Source: a virus. Taken from it: 6,079 nt of DNA. The stretch lies in the IMG/VR virus record IMGVR_UViG_3300029421_000066, one strand, 5' to 3'. This document shows positions 1 to 4,785 of the stretch, piece after piece (within the stretch, counting starts at the first letter, position 1; each line of letters starts with the position of its first letter). A program made the translations under genes and the position numbers. Under the pieces are notes generated by a model. It worked only from the letters and a program-made list of their open reading frames with translations, ran no database searches and was not told where the DNA came from.

Positions 1-123
1 TCCTTCGTGAATACCGCCGTAAATCCATTCTCGTAGATTCTTGTCTTCTTCGTTGCTTAAGTGTCCTTTCCCAAGTTCGTATTCGTTTTTCACTTTTTCG
101 TATGTAGCTTTGGCTATTTCTTG
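1..123. repeat. Left copy of the 123-nt exact terminal redundancy (circular genome overlap)
   Basis: 1..123 is identical base for base to 5957..6079, and the repeat lies inside the VP2 reading frame. Confidence 0.95.
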
Positions 124-987
124 TGATGCTTCTGCTGACATCCTCTTGGTGTATAACTCGTAGAACATGTAGTTGATTTCCTTTTCGATTTTTTCTTTTT
201 GCTTTTCGCTTAATTCCCTATTTGTTACCATGAGTGCTCCTTCCTTTCTCATGTTTGCCAGTTGTTCGATGATTATTTGTGTTTTTGTTGCTTTGGTTTC
301 GGCATCTATCTCTGCTTGAATTACTGCGCTGTTCCATTCTGCTACTGCTTTTTGAGCGTTTGCTTCTGCGGCTGTTACGTTACTTGCTTCGATGTTTTCT
401 CGGCTGAGTTGTATTCTGTTCTCAACTTTCTTCCATTCGTTGTCTAGTTTTGCCCCTTCTGTGTCCACTCCTGCGATTTTATTTGCTTCGGCAATGGTTT
501 TGGTTGCTTCTGCATTTGCGAGTCGATTTTGGGCCTCTATTTGCTTCAATTGCAGTCCTAGTGATTGTTGTTGTAGTGCTACTTCCACCGGATTGGTTTT
601 TGGTGCGCTTGGTTGAGTTGCCGTTCCTCCGGCTGTGCTTGCTGCTGATCCTCCTCCGTTGCCGTACATGAGTCCTACACTTAATCCTGCCTTTTCCATT
701 TCGTTTCTTTGTGCTCCGAAATTAGTGTCTTTCCACATTTGCAGGTTCCTTTTGTATTCTGCATCTGCTGCTTGTTGTCCGTAATTATATTGCAGACCCA
801 TTCCTTCTTTTTCGTACTCCCATGCTTGTCGCATTAGTCTTTGTTGGTTTTTAAGGCCGTTATTGTTTTTTTTGAATAGACCTCCTAGTAATCCTAGACC
901 ACCACTGATTATTGACCCTATTCCTCCGGTTACAGCACCTGTTAAACCTGCGGTTGCTGCGTCTGCTAGTTTTGCTCCTAATCCCAT
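1..987 (-). CDS. DNA pilot / minor capsid protein VP2 (phiX174 H-like). This is the N-terminal 329 codons. The ORF runs off the left window edge and continues at 5956->5825 across the circular junction, giving 372 aa in total.
   Basis: I translated the minus strand by hand from the ATG at 987..985; there is an in-frame TAA upstream at 1002..1000. No in-frame stop occurs down to base 1, which is exactly 329 codons. The frame continues into the 5825..6049 ORF, since base 93 equals base 6049 and 987-93 is divisible by 3. The protein starts MGLGAKLADAATAGLTGAVTGGIGSIISGGLGLLGGLF (Gly-rich, hydrophobic). It is followed by QQRLMRQAWEYEKEGMGLQYNYGQQ...MEKAGLSVGLMYG and a long Q/A/E/N-rich helical region, which is typical of microvirus VP2/H proteins. 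It sits immediately upstream of VP4. Confidence 0.8.
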   Translation of the reverse strand, partial: MGLGAKLADAATAGLTGAVTGGIGSIISGGLGLLGGLFKKNNNGLKNQQRLMRQAWEYEKEGMGLQYNYGQQAADAEYKRNLQMWKDTNFGAQRNEMEKAGLSVGLMYGNGGGSAASTAGGTATQPSAPKTNPVEVALQQQSLGLQLKQIEAQNRLANAEATKTIAEANKIAGVDTEGAKLDNEWKKVENRIQLSRENIEASNVTAAEANAQKAVAEWNSAVIQAEIDAETKATKTQIIIEQLANMRKEGALMVTNRELSEKQKEKIEKEINYMFYELYTKRMSAEASQEIAKATYEKVKNEYELGKGHLSNEEDKNLREWIYGGIHEG

Positions 988-1087
988 AATAATTAATTTT
1001 TACATTCTTCGCGCTTACTTTTGAAGAAGCGCTACCTATATTTACTTGATATAATATGCTATATGCGTACTGCGCTTTTTTGGCTTT

Positions 1088-1116
1088 AAAAAGCGGATAT
1101 AAATATTTACATCCGC
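1088..1116 (-). terminator. Intrinsic terminator-like hairpin after the VP1/112-aa gene pair
   Basis: The minus strand reads GCGGAT-(12 nt AT loop)-ATCCGC followed by TTTTT. The stem pairs 1093..1098 with 1111..1116, and the U-tract is 1092..1088. It begins about 35 nt after the TAG at 1151. A second hairpin (1073..1080 paired with 1088..1095) re-uses the U-tract. Confidence 0.4.
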
Positions 1117-1150
1117 CCTTTTCGCATATAGTGTTTGTAGTCGTACCCGA

Positions 1151-1489
1151 CTAGTTGTCTCTAGTTGGATTTGATTCAGTTGCTCCTCCTTCGGTTTGGC
1201 CTTCTGTTGCTTTTGGTGCTTCGGCCTCTCCTTTTTTAAGGTATTCATTTAATTTGTAGTTGTTCACTCTATCCATTGCGTCCATAGCTAATGACCATTT
1301 GTCCGTGCGTATATTGCAATCATCTCTTACTCCTGCTTGTTTAGGCGTGTAGATCATAGGTGCTCCGTCCGTCAATGGTTCATTTTCGTCGAGAATTCTT
1401 TGGATTTTTTTGATCAAAGTTTCACCTTTTTCTGTTATCTCGATCATTCCTTTGAAGTTATTTACTCTTATTTTATTAATTGTTTTCAT
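1151..1489 (-). CDS. Hypothetical 112-aa protein directly downstream of VP1. Possibly an internal scaffolding (VP3-equivalent) protein.
   Basis: The ATG at 1489 lies 2 nt after the VP1 stop, and the ORF ends with TAG at 1153..1151. It has a conserved-looking core PMIYTPKQAGVRDDCNIRTDKWSLAMDAMDRV and a low-complexity acidic/Gly tail. The function is assigned only from position and size and from my recollection of similar small proteins next to VP1 in gut microviruses. Confidence 0.75.
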   Translation of the reverse strand: MKTINKIRVNNFKGMIEITEKGETLIKKIQRILDENEPLTDGAPMIYTPKQAGVRDDCNIRTDKWSLAMDAMDRVNNYKLNEYLKKGEAEAPKATEGQTEGGATESNPTRDN

Positions 1490-1491
1490 TG

Positions 1492-3471
1492 TTATAAGAA
1501 TGGAATTTGTTTAGCACTATAGTTTCCTCGTCTCGTTGCTTGTACCACTGTTTGTACCCAGAAGTTTTGACTGTCGATTGATGTATCGGCAAAGATTTCG
1601 ATGTGTTTCTGTGGATCAATGTATGTGGTTAAGTCTTCGATCGTATTATTTTTACTTACTTCGTAACGTCTGTTTAATACCATGAAATCTAATGCTTCTC
1701 CGGCCGCAAAATCTCCGTATGTACGGTTATAGTTAGTCATGTAGTCGATCCAAGCTACTGTTTTGTTAGCGGCTAGATGTTTGATTTTATCTATTGTTGC
1801 ACCTCCATTGTATTCGGATGTCTCTCCGACCATTTGTTCCTGTATTAAGTCTTGATATCCAATTCCGTCAAGTGCTGGCTTGTGTAGATCATCAATTGTT
1901 TGTAAATTTAGATCAAAGTCGTTGCCTTGTGAATAGTCGATCATTGGTGTAATAGCCATTAATCCCATGATGTATCCCGGCTCTTCACATTGATAGTGTA
2001 TGTGTCCGTTATTTACCGGCTTACTTCCTCTTCCAATTGCTGCGATGTCTCCAAGTGGTTGACTACCGTATGCTGTTTCTGTTGCACTTTTTGATATCAC
2101 TTCATCGAATTCGATATATTGTGTCATACCTCCTATGAATACAGGTGTTTCCGGCCTATCAAGGTATTTTCCTGCTGTGTATACCGTTTCCAACCAATCT
2201 CGATATGTGCCTCCTGATACCGCGATTCTGTTTAACATGTTGTAAACTTTTTGTTGCAGGTTTAGCGCATCTATTGATAATTTTCCTTCATTGGCTGTAA
2301 TGTCGATGCTTGTTATTTCTGTGATACCGCCTGCTCCGTCGATCCAATCTGTTTGTATCCAATTGTTGAAAATGTCGCTATCGTATGTTTTTAGTAACAT
2401 TCCTCCTAGTTTATTACTTTGGCTTTTGATCATTTCATCAACAAATTTTGCTAGATCAGCGCTACCGTTTTCTGATTCTCCTACGGATGAACTCGTGATA
2501 ATTAAGGTTTCATTTCCTTTTTTGTGTAAGATTACGTCCCTGATTTGATCAAGTACTTTTAGATCGTATTGACCTAATTCGGTTTTTATGAATCTTGTTG
2601 TTTCTTTTGTCGCGGAAAATTGTAGTATTGTTGCGTATGGATCAGCGTCTATATTGTTTAATGTGATTTGCACTTTTGATGTTTCGTTTGTTAATTGGGC
2701 CAATGTTTTTGATAACAGTGTTCCTTTGCTATTCAATATTTTGACTTCTATACTATTCCAAAATTCTGTGTAATTACTTAACATCAAACCGGCTTGTATA
2801 GTGGTTGTATTTGTTATCTTTATGGTTTCTTGGTTTTTTCCAATAATGTATACTCCGTCGTTTAGATTCTTGTATGTATTTGCAAAGTTAATTTTTACCT
2901 CTCCCGCTCCTTTTAGCATGTAAAATTTCTTTTCTTGTGTGTTTGCAAAGAAATTCTTGAATATATCGAGATACATGAGTAGAGGAACACCGTTTTTTAA
3001 TACTCCCGTTGTTGCGCTAGTTCCTGTTCTTCTTGATTTACTCCATCCAAGGTATTTGTACAATGCTGATGCCGAAATATTTGTTTTTGCATCTGTTGCT
3101 ATTCCACTTGTTTCAGCCTTCATCATTGGTAATTTGATGTCACTCATTTTCATACCAATTCCTGTTCGGTTGTTGTGTAACCAGCTGTTATATAACCGGA
3201 AACCTCCAAAGAACATGAAGTGTTGTAGTTTGAACGATCCGAATAGCGGCCCAAGTGTTGGTTGACTTAGTGTCTTGTTGATTAGGTTTAAATCTATGAT
3301 GTCCCCCTTTTGACAGAGTATCTTACAGAATGGTACAAGCATTCCTACTCCAAGTGAAGTTCTGCACACTGTTGAAATATCATGAGTAGACATGTCGTAG
3401 TCTCTCATTGCGACTTTCATTTTATTGTTGTCGCCTAGTGTATTTTTACCTATGGTTCTTACGGTTGCCAT
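1492..3471 (-). CDS. Major capsid protein VP1 (phiX174 F-like, Phage_F family), 659 aa
   Basis: This is the longest ORF, with ATG at 3471 and TAA at 1494..1492. The N-terminal segment HDISTVCRTSLGVGMLVPFCKILCQKGD (3301..3384) matches the canonical microvirus capsid pattern h-D-L/I-S...G-x-L-V-P...L-P-G-D. FFGGFRLYNSW resembles the FFVPNRxxW motif. The size is typical of the large-VP1 (Alpavirinae-like) lineages. Confidence 0.93.
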   Translation of the reverse strand: MATVRTIGKNTLGDNNKMKVAMRDYDMSTHDISTVCRTSLGVGMLVPFCKILCQKGDIIDLNLINKTLSQPTLGPLFGSFKLQHFMFFGGFRLYNSWLHNNRTGIGMKMSDIKLPMMKAETSGIATDAKTNISASALYKYLGWSKSRRTGTSATTGVLKNGVPLLMYLDIFKNFFANTQEKKFYMLKGAGEVKINFANTYKNLNDGVYIIGKNQETIKITNTTTIQAGLMLSNYTEFWNSIEVKILNSKGTLLSKTLAQLTNETSKVQITLNNIDADPYATILQFSATKETTRFIKTELGQYDLKVLDQIRDVILHKKGNETLIITSSSVGESENGSADLAKFVDEMIKSQSNKLGGMLLKTYDSDIFNNWIQTDWIDGAGGITEITSIDITANEGKLSIDALNLQQKVYNMLNRIAVSGGTYRDWLETVYTAGKYLDRPETPVFIGGMTQYIEFDEVISKSATETAYGSQPLGDIAAIGRGSKPVNNGHIHYQCEEPGYIMGLMAITPMIDYSQGNDFDLNLQTIDDLHKPALDGIGYQDLIQEQMVGETSEYNGGATIDKIKHLAANKTVAWIDYMTNYNRTYGDFAAGEALDFMVLNRRYEVSKNNTIEDLTTYIDPQKHIEIFADTSIDSQNFWVQTVVQATRRGNYSAKQIPFL

Positions 3472-3474
3472 AAT

Positions 3475-3708
3475 TTATTCCTCCTCTTTTTTTTGATATT
3501 TTTTTTGTTTTTCTTCCCATTGATCAGCCTCTTTGCAGGCATAGATTATTGCTGCTACTAGATTCCAATCCGTTGCGTCAATTACTCTTTGCGCTTCTTC
3601 TTCTGATCGAAATATTTGTTCAGTAGCCAGGTGATTACCAATAGTAATGATGACATCATCTGATTCTGCGTCTTTTTTTCTGATTTTGAATGCTTCTTTT
3701 AAGTCCAT
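3475..3708 (-). CDS. Hypothetical protein, 77 aa, net acidic, Lys/Glu-rich C-terminus
   Basis: ATG at 3708 and TAA at 3477..3475. It is tightly packed between neighbouring genes, with a 5-nt gap upstream and a 3-nt gap to VP1. I recognise no family motif. Confidence 0.6.
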   Translation of the reverse strand: MDLKEAFKIRKKDAESDDVIITIGNHLATEQIFRSEEEAQRVIDATDWNLVAAIIYACKEADQWEEKQKKYQKKEEE

Positions 3709-3713
3709 GATTT

Positions 3714-3914
3714 TTATTTTTTTGGGTTAATATTGATTTGTGTACTGTCAGCCGAACTGGTTGTTGTTTGTTCGGTTTTTTGAGTACTGTTACTGTTATT
3801 TTTACTCACGCTTAGTGACATAGTACAGCTTTGTGCCGTTATAACTGCCGCAATACTGATGATTGCAGTACATACGATTTTGATAATTTCGTAAATAATT
3901 TTTTTTTTATCCAT
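3714..3914 (-). CDS. Small membrane-anchored or lipoprotein-like protein, 66 aa from ATG 3914 (the ORF track starts at TTG 3920)
   Basis: The sequence is MDKKK + IIYEIIKIVCTAIISIAAVITA + QS-C30 (Cys codon at 3825..3827), followed by a 36-aa Ser/Thr/Asn/Gln-rich tail. It has a positively charged n-region and a hydrophobic h-region, with a Cys preceded by small residues. This fits a signal peptidase II-like signal or an N-in signal anchor. Its ATG is embedded in the stop region of the upstream ORF (ATGGATAA). Confidence 0.6.
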   Translation of the reverse strand: MDKKKIIYEIIKIVCTAIISIAAVITAQSCTMSLSVSKNNSNSTQKTEQTTTSSADSTQININPKK

Positions 3915-4173
3915 CTTCAAATAATTTTAATTGTAAATGTTCACACCATTCCTTATATACTTTTTGTTTGTCGTAAATTATGTTACATAATAATCTCCTT
4001 TCTTTTTTAATGAATATGTAATGTTTTTGTATTTCATCATCGATCATTTCAAACCCTTGTATTTCTTCATCCGTATGGCTGTTATACCACACGAATGATT
4101 TCATTGCTTTGAATGTGTCGAAATTTTTTTGATCGATACTATATATCGGTCTTTTTTTCTTCTTTTTTGTCAT
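3907..4173 (-). CDS. Hypothetical protein, 88 aa, with a poly-Lys N-terminus (MTKKKKKRP)
   Basis: ATG at 4173 and TAA at 3909..3907. It overlaps the upstream ORF by 35 nt and the downstream ORF by 8 nt. An alternative start is Met24 at 4104. No motif recognised. Confidence 0.55.
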   Translation of the reverse strand: MTKKKKKRPIYSIDQKNFDTFKAMKSFVWYNSHTDEEIQGFEMIDDEIQKHYIFIKKERRLLCNIIYDKQKVYKEWCEHLQLKLFEDG

Positions 4174-4375
4174 TTTTTAGCAATATTTTATTTGTTTCTA
4201 CTACACATACTAATTCGTGTGTTTCGTTGTTGTTTGATTCAATTGCTATTCCTAACGCTGTTTTATACGTCCATTTAGCTCCTAGTTCGCATGTACATAG
4301 TACTCCACTTTTTTTGTGTCTACTGATAATAGTCCAATTTGTTGCTGCCATAATTTTTAAATTTTTATGTTTCAT
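4139..4375 (-). CDS. Hypothetical protein, 78 aa, the first gene after the promoter
   Basis: ATG at 4375 and TAG at 4141..4139. It lies 37 nt downstream of the TAnnTTTG promoter element. A second in-frame ATG occurs at 4351. No motif recognised. Confidence 0.55.
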   Translation of the reverse strand: MKHKNLKIMAATNWTIISRHKKSGVLCTCELGAKWTYKTALGIAIESNNNETHELVCVVETNKILLKNDKKEEKKTDI

Positions 4376-4412
4376 GTGAAACGGTTAATACTCTTTGTTT
4401 TTTTAAACATTG

Positions 4413-4443
4413 CAAATGTATTTGTTTTTTTATATTCTCCAAA
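4413..4443 (-). promoter_or_regulatory. Bacteroides-type sigma-AB promoter: -33 TTTG, 19-nt spacer, -7 TAcaTTTG
   Basis: The minus strand reads TTTG (4443..4440), then 19 nt, then TACATTTG (4420..4413). This matches the published Bacteroides consensus TTTG-N19-21-TAnnTTTG. It sits in the AT-rich part of the large intergenic region, 37 nt upstream of the first ATG (4375). Confidence 0.5.
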
Positions 4444-4507
4444 TTTTTTCTGATTTTTATAACATTTATTAACTACTAGCTTTTTCGGAGCTTATAGTTA
4501 AATCCCG

Positions 4508-4549
4508 TTAACATTTCTAAGTTTTAAAATGTTAATTGTATTTTAACAT
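4508..4549. repeat. Three copies of the heptamer TTAACAT/ATGTTAA arranged as two overlapping inverted repeats
   Basis: TTAACATTT (4508..4516) is inverted with AAATGTTAA (4527..4535), giving 9 bp. ATGTTAA (4529..4535) is inverted with TTAACAT (4543..4549), giving 7 bp with a 7-nt spacer. A near copy, ATAACATTT, lies at 4459..4467. Confidence 0.55.
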
Positions 4550-4570
4550 AGCGCGAGCGACAAATACAGG

Positions 4571-4645
4571 GTTCTAGGGCGTTGCCCTAGAGCGTTAGCA
4601 CCTTGATATCGCCAAAGGCGCATACCACGACCTTTTGGTCGGGTA
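4571..4645. other. Cluster of three GC-rich stem-loops in the large non-coding region; a candidate ssDNA origin, priming or packaging structure
   Basis: Hairpin 1 pairs 4573..4580 with 4584..4591 (TCTAGGGC/GCCCTAGA, 8 bp, 3-nt loop, extendable to 10 bp). Hairpin 2 pairs 4610..4613 with 4617..4620 (CGCC/GGCG). Hairpin 3 pairs 4623..4632 with 4637..4645 (9 bp, one bulged A, TTTT loop). The local GC content is clearly above the AT-rich genome background. Confidence 0.5.
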
Positions 4646-4744
4646 CACGTCTGTCCTTAATTAGGTATTGTAGGTAGCTGCCTTTCTGTTCTTCTCTACC
4701 TTTTCCTCCCTGTAAAATTAAAATAAAGCCTGCTGCATAGTGTA

Positions 4745-4785
4745 GTCCGTTCGTTACGGACAAGACGTTTTCGTGAAACGAAAAC
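4745..4785 (-). terminator. Two tandem hairpins at and after the VP4 stop codon; a possible transcript end or structured element
   Basis: 4767..4773 pairs with 4779..4785 (7 bp; the stem includes the last base of the TAG codon). 4745..4750 pairs with 4756..4761 (6 bp). A T-rich run, CTTTATTTTAATTTT, follows on the minus strand about 15 nt later, so the arrangement is not a canonical stem plus U-tract. Confidence 0.3.

Noticed and set aside
262-671. Plus-strand ORFs 262..447, 392..616 and 450..671 from the ORF track
   Set aside because: They lie antisense to the uninterrupted VP2 frame. Their products are Cys/Phe/Leu-rich low-complexity strings, as expected from translating a T-rich strand. 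There are no motifs and no sensible starts.
1031-1038. The 8-mer GCTACCTA in the small intergenic region is complementary to TAGGTAGC at 4671..4678 in the large one (possible long-range pairing)
   Set aside because: The expected number of chance 8-mer matches in either orientation between regions of these sizes is about 2, so this is not statistically meaningful on its own.
1044-1052. ACTTGATAT (1044..1052) and CTTGATAT (4602..4609), matching the core of the phiX174 origin CAACTTGATATTAATAAC, as the Rep nick site
   Set aside because: The matches are on the window plus strand, which is the complement of the coding (virion-sense) strand that Rep should nick. The same 8-mer also occurs inside VP1 (1851..1858). 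By rough expectation, about one shared 8-mer between the two intergenic regions (163 nt and 409 nt) arises by chance. It is still worth testing if origin mapping is done.
3478-3486. GAGGAGG upstream of VP1 as evidence for a Shine-Dalgarno-using (non-Bacteroidota) host
   Set aside because: It is formed by the Glu-Glu-Glu codons that end the upstream ORF. The other gene starts I inspected (VP2, VP4, the 112-aa ORF and the 77-aa ORF) have no comparable purine-rich motif, so one instance does not outweigh the promoter and composition evidence. It may still enhance VP1 translation.
3915-3920. TTG start at 3920 for the membrane-protein ORF and GTG start at 6049 for the 74-aa ORF, as given by the track
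   Set aside because: An ATG two codons downstream (3914) is the more plausible start for the former. The GTG at 6049 is an internal Val codon of the wrap-around VP2 gene, equivalent to base 93.
4544-4623. Short minus-strand ORF in the intergenic region (ATG 4623, MRLWRYQGANALGQRPRTLYLSLALC, 26 aa)
   Set aside because: It lies upstream of the predicted promoter. It consists of the hairpin arms themselves and has no ribosome-binding context, so it is most likely a by-product of the structured DNA.
4551-4700. The GC-rich structured segment as a tRNA or other known RNA gene
   Set aside because: I could not fold it into a cloverleaf. There is no T-loop GTTCRANYC-like box, no acceptor-stem pairing and no anticodon arm geometry. 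The hairpins are independent and tandem.
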